Assembly (NCBI GenBank): GCA_965223545.1
Contig: OZ245006.1
Span: 2,688,001 to 2,752,000, forward strand
Length of the DNA stretch: 64,000 bases
Reading direction: 5' to 3'
Origin: Planctomycetota bacterium
GTDB taxonomy: Bacteria; Planctomycetota; UBA1135; UBA2386
Shown in pieces: positions 28,086-38,326 of this stretch. Under the pieces are notes generated by a model that was given only the letters and a program-made list of their open reading frames with translations, was not told where the DNA came from and did not search any database. Each line of letters starts with the position of its first letter. The first letter of the stretch is position 1. The position numbers and the translations under genes are program-made.

Positions 28086-29377
28086 ACACCGCCCGACACC
28101 TTCCGCGGCCCGCGCTGCGCGGGCTCGCCTGCATCCTGTGCTGCTGTCTGACCGCGGTCGCGCAGAAGGATCTGCGCGACCGAGTCCTCACCACCAACGG
28201 GGGAGAGGTCCGCGGCCGCGTCCTGCAGCGCTACGCAGCGGACGAGGTCGTCGTCGTGCAGGGGGGCAAGCGAGTGCGCGTGCCCAAGAAGCACGTCACC
28301 GAGATGCGCACGGTGCTGGACAGCCTGCGCGAGTTCTTCGGCCACCGGCATCGCACCACCGGCAACATCGATCGCGAGTGGATGCTGGCGGAGTGGGCGC
28401 AGGCCAACCAGCTGCCGGCGATGGCGCGGCTGCAGGCCATGCACGTCCTCTTGCTCGAGCCCGAGCACGAAGCCGCACACCGGCTGCTCGACCACCGCAA
28501 GCGCGGCAAGCACTGGATGTGGAAGCGGAACTCGAGCTGGATGACCTTGCTCGCCTACGAGGCGAAGACCAGCAGCTTCGGCACGCCGAAGATCCTCGAC
28601 AGCGAGCACTTCGTGGTGCGCACCAACACCGATCTGCGGCGCGCCATCGACGCGCTGTTCGACCTCGAGCGGTTCTACGTCGACTGGTACGACACGTTTG
28701 GCGAGGCGCTGCACCCGCGCGAGATCCTCGAGCCGCTGGAGTTCCACCTGCACGCTTCGGCGGCGTCGTTTCCGGCGTTCACCGTGCTCGGCTTCCCTTA
28801 CTACTTCCCGCACCCCAACGGCAACGTCGCCTACACCTTCTTCGCCGGCGAAGCGCGCCGGCCCGATCTCCTGTTCCAGCTCGCGAGTGAGCAGCTGCTC
28901 TACAACGCGCTCGCCGACGGCATGAGCATCGGCCGCACCAATCCGCGCGACCGACTCGCGGCGTGGGTCGAGATCGGCATGGGCCAGTGGTGCGAGCGCC
29001 GGATGCAGGGCCCGGCAGGCTACGCCGAGCCGGCTCCGGCGGCAGCCGACCGGCAGCACGCCCGCACCGCGCTGCATCGCGAGACCCTGCTGACCAATCT
29101 GCTCGGCCGGCGCTACGGCCAGTTTCACGAGCCCGCCTCCCGCACGCTCGAGCATTGGGCGCTGGCCTCGTCGTTCGTGTCGTTCTTGTTGGACGCGGGC
29201 GCCGGCGCGGAGCGGCGCAAGAAGTTCTTGACCTTCGTGCGCGACGCCTACGCCGGCGGCAAGGGCAGCAGCACGTCACTGCTCGACCGCGCCCTCGGCG
29301 AGAAGCTCGAGGCGATCGAACCGCAGTGGCAGAGCTGGTTGCAAGGCGTCGCGGCCACGCGATCCGACGGCGGCTGA
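28082..29377 (+). CDS. Secreted hypothetical protein (DUF1570 / gluzincin-like fold, no HExxH)
   Basis: GTGA overlap with xth and signal peptide AVA|Q. SEHFVVRTN, AWVEIGMGQW and terminal LE....WQSW. Confidence 0.65.
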   Translation: MNTARHLPRPALRGLACILCCCLTAVAQKDLRDRVLTTNGGEVRGRVLQRYAADEVVVVQGGKRVRVPKKHVTEMRTVLDSLREFFGHRHRTTGNIDREWMLAEWAQANQLPAMARLQAMHVLLLEPEHEAAHRLLDHRKRGKHWMWKRNSSWMTLLAYEAKTSSFGTPKILDSEHFVVRTNTDLRRAIDALFDLERFYVDWYDTFGEALHPREILEPLEFHLHASAASFPAFTVLGFPYYFPHPNGNVAYTFFAGEARRPDLLFQLASEQLLYNALADGMSIGRTNPRDRLAAWVEIGMGQWCERRMQGPAGYAEPAPAAADRQHARTALHRETLLTNLLGRRYGQFHEPASRTLEHWALASSFVSFLLDAGAGAERRKKFLTFVRDAYAGGKGSSTSLLDRALGEKLEAIEPQWQSWLQGVAATRSDGG

Positions 29378-29444
29378 GAGGGGTGGACCGTCGCGCACCG
29401 AACGCGGTGCAGACGCGGCCGGCGCCAGCTGCCAAGATGGGCGC

Positions 29445-30455
29445 ATGAGCCACTCCGTCACTTTGATCCCCGGCGACGGCATCGGTCCCGAAGTCACCCG
29501 CGCGGCCCGGCGCGTGGTCGACGCCACCGGAGTTTCGATCGACTGGGACGAGCACGAGGCCGGCGGTGACGTCGTCGCCCGCTACGGCACGCCGCTGCCG
29601 CAGCAGACCGTCGACGCGATCACGCGCAGCGGCACGGCTCTCAAGGGACCGATCACGACGCCGGTCGGCTCGGGCTTTCGCTCGGTCAACGTGGCACTGC
29701 GCAAGACCCTCGACCTGTTCGCCAACTTCCGGCCGGCGCGCTCGATCCCGGGCGTCCCGTCGCGCTACGAGGACATCGATCTGATCGTCGTGCGCGAGAA
29801 CACCGAAGGGCTGTACAGCGGCTTGGAGCACATCGTCATCCCGGGCGTCGTCGAGAGCTTGCGCGTCATCACCGAGCGCGGCTCGGAGCGAATCCTGCGG
29901 TTCGCCTTCGACACCGCCCGCCAGCAGGGGCGGCGCAAGGTCACCGCGGTGCACAAAGCGAACATCCTCAAGATGAGCGATGGCTTGTTTCTCGAAGTCG
30001 CCCGCCGGATCGCGCGCGAGTATCCGGACATCGAGTACGAGGAGGCGATCGTCGACGCGACCGCCATGCGGCTCGTGCTGCAACCGGAGAAGTTCGACGT
30101 GCTGGTGATGGAGAACCTGTTCGGCGACATCGTCTCCGATCTGACCAGCGGGCTGGTCGGCGGCCTGGGCATGGCGCCGAGCGCCAACCTCGGCGAGAAG
30201 TACGCCGTGTTCGAAGCCGTGCACGGCTCGGCCCCCGACATCGCCGGCCGCGGCATCGCCAACCCGACCGCGCTGATCCTGACCGCCGCGCTGATGCTGC
30301 GCCACCTCGGCGAGGAGGCCGCCGCCAGCAACATCGAGACCGCGGTGCGTGGGGTGATCACGGCGCGCGAGACCGTGACGGGCGACCTCGGCGGCAGCGC
30401 GAACACACAGCAGTTTGCCGACGCCGTCATCACCGCGGTGGAGCGCGCTTCGTGA
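29445..30455 (+). CDS. Isocitrate / isopropylmalate dehydrogenase family, probably NAD-dependent isocitrate dehydrogenase
   Basis: LIPGDGIGPEV, KGPITTP...SVNVALRK, RENTEGLY, HKANILK, NLFGDIVSD and EAVHGSAPDIAG motifs. Confidence 0.9.
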   Translation: MSHSVTLIPGDGIGPEVTRAARRVVDATGVSIDWDEHEAGGDVVARYGTPLPQQTVDAITRSGTALKGPITTPVGSGFRSVNVALRKTLDLFANFRPARSIPGVPSRYEDIDLIVVRENTEGLYSGLEHIVIPGVVESLRVITERGSERILRFAFDTARQQGRRKVTAVHKANILKMSDGLFLEVARRIAREYPDIEYEEAIVDATAMRLVLQPEKFDVLVMENLFGDIVSDLTSGLVGGLGMAPSANLGEKYAVFEAVHGSAPDIAGRGIANPTALILTAALMLRHLGEEAAASNIETAVRGVITARETVTGDLGGSANTQQFADAVITAVERAS

Positions 30456-31003
30456 GCGGCGAACGCAGGGTGGCCAGCGTCGCGCGCATCACCTGTGTCC
30501 GTGGTGACCTGACGGCCGAGTCGACGGACGCCATCGTCAACGCGGCCAACGAGACGTTGCGCGGCGGGGGCGGCGTCGACGGCGCGATCCACGAGGCCGC
30601 CGGACCGGAGCTGCTGGCCGAGTGCGTCCGCCGCTATCCCGACGGCTGCCCCACCGGTGAGGCGCGGATCACGGCGGGCCACCGGCTCGCCGCGGCTTGG
30701 GTGATCCACACGGTCGGCCCGATCTACCGCGACGGCGCGCACGGCGAACCGGAGCTGCTCGCCGCCTGCCACCACAACAGCATCGCGCTCGCCGCCAACC
30801 ACGGGCTGCGCAGCGTGGCGTTTCCCGCGATCTCCGCCGGGGCCTTCGGCTACCCCTGGGCCGATGCGGCGGCGGTGAGTCTGCGCGCCTTGGCCACCGC
30901 GCTCGACGCGCATCCCGGCGTGGCGCAGGTGCGCGTCGTGCTGTTCAACGACGAGCTCCGGTCGATCTACGACGAGGCGCTGGCGCACCTCGCGCGCGGC
31001 TGA
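30452..31003 (+). CDS. Macrodomain protein (O-acetyl-ADP-ribose deacetylase, YmdB-like)
   Basis: GDLT, DAIVNAAN, GGGGVDGAIH, HTVGP and AFPAISAGAFGYP motifs. Start may be 30470. Confidence 0.92.
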   Translation: MSGERRVASVARITCVRGDLTAESTDAIVNAANETLRGGGGVDGAIHEAAGPELLAECVRRYPDGCPTGEARITAGHRLAAAWVIHTVGPIYRDGAHGEPELLAACHHNSIALAANHGLRSVAFPAISAGAFGYPWADAAAVSLRALATALDAHPGVAQVRVVLFNDELRSIYDEALAHLARG

Positions 31004-31019
31004 GCGTGCCAGCCGCGCG

Positions 31020-32087
31020 TCACTGCGCGAGGGTCACGCGCACCGGGTTGCTGGCAAACACCGCCATCGACCCCGACAGCACGACGTAGGCGTGGTCGAT
31101 GTTCAAGCCGACGAGCGCCGGGATGGCGAGGGGCGGCAACGAGAACGCCGCTGAGGCCAGGCCGATCGCGTCGAGGTTGCCGAACGACGCCGTCAACGGC
31201 GGCGTGTTCGGCGCGCTGACCGTTTGGGAAGTGTAGCCGTCGGGGTTGAGCGGCACCGTCACCGCGCCGACGGTGAAGCCGGGAGACGTGCCACTGATCG
31301 AGCCGGCGACGACGTACACCGCGCCGCCATGCGTCGTCCCCGCCGACAGCCTCAGCCCCTGCGTGCCGCCGGTGGCGAGCGAGATGCTGTCGGTGTCACT
31401 CGAGAACGGCACGTCGTCCGCGACGAGCGTGCCGTTGAGCGTGAGCGATCCGCTGCTGCCGGTGGCCGGGTCGGCGAACGAGAACGTGGTCGCGACCGGC
31501 ACCGACAGCCGGATGCCACCGGGCGTCGGCACGAACGTCCCGTTGACCGGCTGCGGCGCGCTCTGCTGGCCGCCGAGCGAGACGGTCTGGACCGAGCCCA
31601 GGGCGTTGATGTTGGCCGTTCCCGCCAACATGGTGGCGACCATCGACGTGCTGAAGGCGCCACCCGCACCGATCGCGAAGGACGCCGGCGCGAGGGTGGC
31701 GGGATCGACCGAGGCGAAGGCCACGCGCGCGCCGCTCACCGTGATCGTCGCCAGCGGCGGCAGGAACGGAAACGGGTTGGGCACGCTGGCCGACAGCGTC
31801 GGCACCACGACCTCCGAGCCGCCGTCGACGAGCTGACCCGTGGTCAGCGCCCCCGCCGCCGCGGTCAGCACCGCGTCGGCTTCGCCCGAGACGTTGAAGG
31901 TCGAGGGGTTGCCGACCAGCGGTCCGGACACGCCTTGATAGGTGACCGATCCCGAGAACGAGAACGAGGACTGCGCCTGGTCGACGACGAACAGGTGCTG
32001 GCCCTGCGCGGTGAGCGGAGAGACGAGGAGCGCGGCGGCGAAGAGTGCCTTCCGCGAGACGATGCAGGTGGTGTTCGCGCTGGTCAT
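31020..32087 (-). CDS. Secreted beta-rich hypothetical protein with shared C-terminal module
   Basis: Signal peptide LTA|Q with GAGG RBS. Ends GLASAAFSLPP..IPALVG....AYVV....ASNPVRVTL. Confidence 0.78.
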   Translation of the reverse strand: MTSANTTCIVSRKALFAAALLVSPLTAQGQHLFVVDQAQSSFSFSGSVTYQGVSGPLVGNPSTFNVSGEADAVLTAAAGALTTGQLVDGGSEVVVPTLSASVPNPFPFLPPLATITVSGARVAFASVDPATLAPASFAIGAGGAFSTSMVATMLAGTANINALGSVQTVSLGGQQSAPQPVNGTFVPTPGGIRLSVPVATTFSFADPATGSSGSLTLNGTLVADDVPFSSDTDSISLATGGTQGLRLSAGTTHGGAVYVVAGSISGTSPGFTVGAVTVPLNPDGYTSQTVSAPNTPPLTASFGNLDAIGLASAAFSLPPLAIPALVGLNIDHAYVVLSGSMAVFASNPVRVTLAQ

Positions 32088-32190
32088 GGGTACCTCGAGG
32101 TGGTTCGGGCAGGCGCACCCCGCGACGGCCGGCGCCGAACGCCTGCATCCTATCAGCGCGCGGCCGCCCGGCGTGTCGCCAAGTCGGAGG

Positions 32191-35064
32191 TCAACCGCGA
32201 TGGTCGGGATTGGGCAGCTCGACCGAGTGCACGCCCCCGAGCTCGCTGCCCGCACCCGCGGCATCGATGCGAAGGCGGCTTTCGCCACTCCCACCCAACA
32301 CGCGCAGCACGTAGTCCCCGGGGCCTTGGTGCTCGAAGCGCACCCGACCGTCCTCGTCGGTGGGTGCGACGTCGATCGGCTCCGGAGAGCCTTCGATCAC
32401 CTTCTCCAGCACGACGATGTAGAGCTCGCCGCGCCCACCGCCGATGCCGCGGACGCGTGCCTCGATCGTGCTGCCTGGACGCATCACGACCCGCACCGGG
32501 TCAGGACGCAGCAGGTCCGCCGGCAGACTCAGATCGTGCACCGCGACCGCGAAGCCCTTGGCGATGGCGACGATGCGGCCGGACGACGCCGACACGCCCG
32601 ATAGCGAGAAGCTGCCGTCTGCCGCGGCAAACGACTGCTCGCTGGCGACGTGGAGCGGCACGCGATCGAACTCGTCGCCGAGATGGAGGTGGGCACCGGC
32701 GATCGGCGCACCCTCTTCGTCGACGACCACCCCGCGCACCGTCGCCCCCGGCTCGAGCAACAAGTCGGGCAGGGGCACGGTCTGCCCCGCGGCGACGTCG
32801 ACCTCCACGGTGACCGGCTTGAACCCCTCGCACTGCAAGGTGAGCTCCGAACGACCGGCCGGGAACGGCTCGAGCCGGAGCTCGCCGGCCGCGATCTCGA
32901 CCCAGCGCGCGCGCACGTTGCGCTGCCGGTCGCAGACCGGGTCACCCGACGCGGGGTCGAGCGAGCGCAGCCGCACGATGCCCCCGGCCACCGGGGTGCG
33001 GTCCGGCAAACCGGCGACGCGCGCCTGCAGGACGCCCGCGGGCACCAGCGGTAGCTCGATACTCAGCTCGCCGGCGAACCGCGCCGGCACGGCGACCACC
33101 TTGCGCACGTTGAAATCGTGCAGCGGAAGGTTGGAGAACACCTCCAGATCGACCGCGCGCTCGGGCACCTGGATCCGGAAGCTGCCGTTCGCGTCGCTGA
33201 TGTGCGTACCGCCGCGCATGCCGCGCACCAAGATCACCGCACCGCTCACCGGCGCACCGTCCGGATCGCGCACTTCACCGCGCACCTCGCGCACCGCCGG
33301 CAGCACCAGGCGGACCTCCTCGACATCGTGCTCGCTGACCGTCGTCGTCTTCTCGGACGACCACAGCGGGCGGTTGGAGTACGAGACCTTGAGCCGGTAC
33401 TCCCCCGCCGGCAATCCCGCCAGCTCGAAGTTGCCTTGCGGCCCGGTGACCGCCTTCTGCATCGAGTGTATCAGGTTGCCGGTGAACACCACCGCGCCGG
33501 CGACGCCGACGCCGCTCGCCGTTGTGACCCGCCCGCGGATGCGGCCGGGGCGCGCCATGCGCACCGGTGGCAGCTCGAGCTCTTGGCCGGGGGCCGCGCC
33601 GGGAAACGGCACTTCGACCGTGGCGAAGCCCTCGCACTCGAAGACGAAGCGCGCCGTCGACACCAGCCCGGGCAGCAGCAACGCGCGCGGCATGCCGCGC
33701 ACCTCGTACTGACCACCCGCGTCGGTCACGGCCAGCAGCGGCATCGGCGCGCGCAGGCCGGTGTCCGGCCGGCGCCACAGCACCCGCACGCCGGCGATCG
33801 GCGCACCCTCGCCGTCGATCACCATCCCGGCGGTCACCGACGCGGGCTCGACCGCGAGCTCGACTTCGGCGACCTCCTGCTCCGGCACCTCGATGCGAGC
33901 ACGCCGGCTGCCCGACCGCGAGAAGCAGAGCGAGCCTTCCAGCAGCTGCAGCTCCGCCTGTCCCACCGAGACCTTGTCCTCGAAGGCGAACGAACCGTCT
34001 TCCGCGACCGCGGCGTAGACCGGCGCGTCGCCCGCCTGCTCGAGCCGCAGCCGCGCACCAGCACCGAGCGGTGCGCCGGTCAGCGCGCCGGTCAACGCCG
34101 TGCGCCCGTACAGCTCGACGGCGACGTCGGCCGCCTCTTCGCTCACCGAAACCAACCGCTGCCGAGTCGAGAAGTCCGCGTGCGAGAACTCGAACACCAT
34201 GTTGCCCACGTCCAGCCCGTCCAGCACAAACCCACCGTCGGCGGCGGTCGTCGTCTCGAACGGTACGAACAACCGCCCGTTCCACGCGTCCGGGTAGGCT
34301 CGCACGGCGACACCGGCCAGCGGACGACCATCGGTCGCCGCGGTCACCACGCCGCCCATCGACAGCGCCGGCCGCGAGCTGAACCGCAGCTGCTCCAGCC
34401 GATCGGTGCCGACGGTCACCGACTCCGACACCGGTCCGTAGCGCGCGTGCCGCGCGGTCAACCGCAGCGGCCCGGCGCGCACGCCTTCGAACTCGAAGCG
34501 GCCGTTGGTGTCGGTGACGGTGCGCAGCGAGCGCTGGTTGCTGGCCGCGGAGGGCTCGAGCACGACGACGCAGCCGACCATCGGCTCCCACTGCGGGCCG
34601 CGCACCAACCCGCGTACACGAAACCCGTACTCCATGCGCACGACCAGCTCCGGGTCGAGCGGGGCTGCGGTCACCTCCGTCCGCGCCAGCCGATCGCCGG
34701 TGACGACCACGCGAAGATCCGGACCGCGCGCCGTGGCAAAGCGAAACCTGCCGTCCGCTTCGGCGACGACGGTCTCCAACAGCTGGGTCTGCAGTGCCGG
34801 CCATGGCGACAGCACGCGCTGCAGCTCGACCCGCACGAACGGCTCCGGCTCACCACCGGGACCGAGAACCCGACCGGACACCGGGTCGGCGGCGGCCACC
34901 GGCTCGACCGGCACCCGCGGCGGCGGCGCCTCGGCCGCCCCGGCCGGCGGCGGCGGCTCGACCGGCAGCGCGGGCCCGGGTTCGGCGGAGCCGCGCACGA
35001 GCCAGGCCGCGACGGCGAGGGCGACGACCACGACCAACAACCCTGCTACAAGACGTCCCGTCAT
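32191..35064 (-). CDS. Membrane-anchored protein with multiple carboxypeptidase-regulatory-like (Cna-B / transthyretin-like) repeats
   Basis: N-terminal TM and repeated G.V....G.P..G..V ... T...G.F...G...G...L units. ATGA overlap with the kinase stop. Confidence 0.85.
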   Translation of the reverse strand: MTGRLVAGLLVVVVALAVAAWLVRGSAEPGPALPVEPPPPAGAAEAPPPRVPVEPVAAADPVSGRVLGPGGEPEPFVRVELQRVLSPWPALQTQLLETVVAEADGRFRFATARGPDLRVVVTGDRLARTEVTAAPLDPELVVRMEYGFRVRGLVRGPQWEPMVGCVVVLEPSAASNQRSLRTVTDTNGRFEFEGVRAGPLRLTARHARYGPVSESVTVGTDRLEQLRFSSRPALSMGGVVTAATDGRPLAGVAVRAYPDAWNGRLFVPFETTTAADGGFVLDGLDVGNMVFEFSHADFSTRQRLVSVSEEAADVAVELYGRTALTGALTGAPLGAGARLRLEQAGDAPVYAAVAEDGSFAFEDKVSVGQAELQLLEGSLCFSRSGSRRARIEVPEQEVAEVELAVEPASVTAGMVIDGEGAPIAGVRVLWRRPDTGLRAPMPLLAVTDAGGQYEVRGMPRALLLPGLVSTARFVFECEGFATVEVPFPGAAPGQELELPPVRMARPGRIRGRVTTASGVGVAGAVVFTGNLIHSMQKAVTGPQGNFELAGLPAGEYRLKVSYSNRPLWSSEKTTTVSEHDVEEVRLVLPAVREVRGEVRDPDGAPVSGAVILVRGMRGGTHISDANGSFRIQVPERAVDLEVFSNLPLHDFNVRKVVAVPARFAGELSIELPLVPAGVLQARVAGLPDRTPVAGGIVRLRSLDPASGDPVCDRQRNVRARWVEIAAGELRLEPFPAGRSELTLQCEGFKPVTVEVDVAAGQTVPLPDLLLEPGATVRGVVVDEEGAPIAGAHLHLGDEFDRVPLHVASEQSFAAADGSFSLSGVSASSGRIVAIAKGFAVAVHDLSLPADLLRPDPVRVVMRPGSTIEARVRGIGGGRGELYIVVLEKVIEGSPEPIDVAPTDEDGRVRFEHQGPGDYVLRVLGGSGESRLRIDAAGAGSELGGVHSVELPNPDHRG

Positions 35065-37661
35065 CGCGATTCCTGGCTGAACTGAGCGAGCAGTGCGCTG
35101 CACTGCTCGCGCTGCGCGCTGTCCCGCGGCGATCGATCGATCTCCGCCCGCAGCACGCGGTCGATCTCGCCGCGGGCCCAATCGGCGTCGTGCGCGTTCT
35201 GCAAGAGCTCCACGCCGCACATCCCGGCCTTGACCCAGTCGGTGCCGGCGCGCACCTCGGCCTCGAAGCGGGCCAGCAGCGGCGCCGGCGCGCCCGGCTG
35301 CAGCCGATACCACGCGTCCGCGCTCTGCGACAACGCCTGCAAGTCCGCGGTGACCAGCGCCACCCGCGCGCGCAGCTCCGCACCGGTCGGGCTGTCGCGC
35401 GGCGGATCGAGCTCGGCCAACCGCGTCGCCAGCGCGTCGACGAACGGCGGCCGCGAGTCCAGCTGCATCAACACGCGCAGCAGGTCGAGCCACCCGCGCA
35501 GCTGCACGTCTTGGCCGGCGCCGCGGGCGACGCGCAGCGTCGCCACCGAGAACGCGTTGCTCTGCACCTCGAACACCGTCCGCCAGCTCTGCAACGGCGA
35601 GCGCGGGTGTACGTCTTGCTGGATCGAGCTCATCCGCTCGCGCAGCGCGGCGGCCTGCTGCACGGCGTCGCCGAACGTCATGTCCTGCGCGAGGCCGGCC
35701 AGCTCGGCCTCGAAGCCACTCCAGTGTCCGGTGGCGGGCGCCGGCAGCTCGTCGGGCAGCATGGCGCTCGACCGGAGGTGCAGCTCGCGGCGCACCACGT
35801 AGCTCATCTCGAAGTGCACCAGGTTGCTGCCCGGCCACGGCTGCAACCCGGCGACCGCGCGCAGCAGCACGCCGGCGACCTCGCGCGCGCGCGGCGGCCC
35901 GCCGGCGACGATCGGCTCGAGATCGGCCATCAGCGGGTCCACGCCAGTGACCGGATCCCAGTCGATGATGGCGATCAGCAGCTTGGGGAAGAACGCCGCG
36001 GACCGCACCAGCTCGGCGGCCGACAGGTCGCGGCGCGCCTGGTCGACGTCGCCCACCGCGCGCATCAGGCCGGCGACCGCGCGCCCCACGTAGAGGCGGT
36101 AGAGCCGCAACCACGTGGCGTCGTCGGGCGCCAGGCCGGCGCGCGCCGCCGCGATCGCCGGGTCGTACAGCTGCATGGCGCGATACGCGCGGCCGGTGCG
36201 CAGCAGCTGGGTCGCCGCCGGCAGCGGGTCCGACTCGTAGGCCTCGCGCAGGGTCGAGGTGACCGTGGCCCCGTGGTCGAGCAGCGCGGCCTGCTGTAGG
36301 TGCACCAGCACTTCGTCCGGTCCGACCGGCGAGACGACCTCGACGCCGACCAACCCGGAGAGCAACCCCGGCGGCCCGGCTGCGGGACCCGGCTGCCGCG
36401 CCGCGGCGCTGACCGCGGCCTGCAGGTGGTTGTCGAACAAGAGCGCGTCGCTGCCGCTGCGCACGCGCTGGTTGGCCAAGACCAGACCGAGTGAGAGCAG
36501 GCCGAGAACGCCCGCCACCGCCACCGTCGCCCACAGGTCCGGCCGCTTCTTCACCAAACGCCAGCAGCGCACCCACCACGGCTGCCGGCGGATGCGCACC
36601 GGCTCGCCTTCGGCGACGCGCCGCAGGTCGCGCGCCAGCTCCTCGCCATCCGCGTAGCGATCGCTCGGGTCCTTCTGCAGCAGCTTGTCGACCACCGCCT
36701 CGAGGTCGCGCGGCGCGCGTGGCACGACTTCGCGCAGGCGCTTGGGCCGCCCGTTGAGCAGGGCGTCGAGCATCGACTCGGTGTTGCCGCCGCGCAGCGG
36801 CAGCTCACCGGCGACCGCTTCGAACAGCGTCACGCCCAGCGAGTACAGATCGCCGGACGGAGCCGGCGCGTCGCCCCGAGCCTGCTCGGGCGGGGCGTAC
36901 GCGAGCGTGCCGAGGAAGGCGCCGCCCGCGGTCAGGCTGTGCGACTGCTCGCCGAGCATCTTCGACAGGCCGAAGTCGACCAGCGCGAGAGCGCCGTCGG
37001 GCCCGACCAGCAGATTGCCGGGCTTGACGTCGCGGTGCAGGATCCGGCGCCGGTGTGCGTGGTCGAGCGCCTCGGCGACGCCGGCGAAGCGCGCCGCCGC
37101 CTCGCGCGGCTCGATCCAGCCATCGCCCCGGCGACGGGCCGCCGCGATGTGCTTGTCCAGGCTGACGCCGTGGACCTTCTCCATCGTGAAGAACAGCACG
37201 CCCGAGGTCTCGCCGAAGTCGTAGATCGGCACGATGTGCGCGTGGTGCAAGGACGCCGTGGCGCGCGCCTCGGAGCGAAAGCGCGCGCGCATCGTCGGGT
37301 CGGCGGCGTAGACCGGTGAGAGGACCTTGAGCGCCACCTCGCGCTCCAGCGACTCCTGGAACGCCTCGTACACGGTGCCCATGCCGCCGCGCCCGAGCAG
37401 GCCGCGAATCCGATAGTCACCGAGACGCTCGGGGATGTCGCTGGTCTCGCCGACCAACGAGTCGATGAAGTCGAGCGCGTTGAGGCGGCCGAGCAAGTCC
37501 TCGGCCTCGCCGGTCCGCTCCCCCGCCAACGTCTCGCGCAGCGCCCGGCGCGGCCCCTTCTTGCGGCGCAGGATCTCGGCCATGCGCTCGTCGGCACTGT
37601 CGGCGCCGCCGGCCTCCCGCCGGGCGCCGTCCTCGTGCTCTTCGATCGACGGGCCGTCCAC
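35061..37661 (-). CDS. Transmembrane Ser/Thr protein kinase
   Basis: LGRGGMGTVY, VALK, HRDVKPGN, DFGL and GTLAYAPPE motifs. TM followed by a helical extracytoplasmic domain. Confidence 0.93.
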   Translation of the reverse strand: MDGPSIEEHEDGARREAGGADSADERMAEILRRKKGPRRALRETLAGERTGEAEDLLGRLNALDFIDSLVGETSDIPERLGDYRIRGLLGRGGMGTVYEAFQESLEREVALKVLSPVYAADPTMRARFRSEARATASLHHAHIVPIYDFGETSGVLFFTMEKVHGVSLDKHIAAARRRGDGWIEPREAAARFAGVAEALDHAHRRRILHRDVKPGNLLVGPDGALALVDFGLSKMLGEQSHSLTAGGAFLGTLAYAPPEQARGDAPAPSGDLYSLGVTLFEAVAGELPLRGGNTESMLDALLNGRPKRLREVVPRAPRDLEAVVDKLLQKDPSDRYADGEELARDLRRVAEGEPVRIRRQPWWVRCWRLVKKRPDLWATVAVAGVLGLLSLGLVLANQRVRSGSDALLFDNHLQAAVSAAARQPGPAAGPPGLLSGLVGVEVVSPVGPDEVLVHLQQAALLDHGATVTSTLREAYESDPLPAATQLLRTGRAYRAMQLYDPAIAAARAGLAPDDATWLRLYRLYVGRAVAGLMRAVGDVDQARRDLSAAELVRSAAFFPKLLIAIIDWDPVTGVDPLMADLEPIVAGGPPRAREVAGVLLRAVAGLQPWPGSNLVHFEMSYVVRRELHLRSSAMLPDELPAPATGHWSGFEAELAGLAQDMTFGDAVQQAAALRERMSSIQQDVHPRSPLQSWRTVFEVQSNAFSVATLRVARGAGQDVQLRGWLDLLRVLMQLDSRPPFVDALATRLAELDPPRDSPTGAELRARVALVTADLQALSQSADAWYRLQPGAPAPLLARFEAEVRAGTDWVKAGMCGVELLQNAHDADWARGEIDRVLRAEIDRSPRDSAQREQCSALLAQFSQESR

Positions 37662-37667
37662 GGGGCG

Positions 37668-38228
37668 CTAGAGGCGGAGCTCGGCGCGCAGCTTCTTCAG
37701 CGCCCGACCGAGCAAAAGGTAGACGGCATTCTCGCTCCGACCGAGGCGACTGGCGACCTCCTTCGCCGGCAGGTGCTCGATGCCCGACAGCAGGATCACG
37801 TCGCGGTAGTCCTCCGGCAGCCGCTCGAGCGCCTCTTCGAACAGCGCGAGCCGGTCGCGGCGATCGGCGGCGGTCACCGGGCCCGATCTACGGTCCATCA
37901 GCGGGATCGAGGTGCGCATCGTGCGCTCGCGACGCGGGTCGCGGGCGGCGACCCCGACTTGGTCACGCAACAGCCGGGCCACCTTGCGCTTGGCTAGGGT
38001 CACCAGCCACGCGCCGACCCGCTGCGGGTCGTCCAGGCTCGTCCACGAATGGATGGCCTCGATCGCGACCTCTTGCAGCACGTCCTCGGGATCCATGCGG
38101 GCGCGCAGGTCGGGCCCCATGCGCAGATAGATCACCGACAGCAAGCGCTCGCGATGGCGCTCGAAGGCGACCTCGGGCGTCAGGCCACGAGTGGGGTCGA
38201 CGACGGAGCTGGAGTCGGGGAGCGTCAT
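37668..38228 (-). CDS. ECF sigma-70 factor (planctomycete-type, kinase-associated)
   Basis: LRARMDPEDVLQE, WL..LA, RDPRRE and LERLPEDYRDVILL...KEVA..LGRSENAV...RAL. Confidence 0.88.
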   Translation of the reverse strand: MTLPDSSSVVDPTRGLTPEVAFERHRERLLSVIYLRMGPDLRARMDPEDVLQEVAIEAIHSWTSLDDPQRVGAWLVTLAKRKVARLLRDQVGVAARDPRRERTMRTSIPLMDRRSGPVTAADRRDRLALFEEALERLPEDYRDVILLSGIEHLPAKEVASRLGRSENAVYLLLGRALKKLRAELRL

Positions 38229-38326
38229 TGGCGCAGTCGAAGCGTCGATCTTAGCGCTTCGCGGCGGGCTTTCTAAGCGCCCCGCTGGCCGCCACGGCAC
38301 CGGGCGCTGCGGCCGGTGACCGCGCT

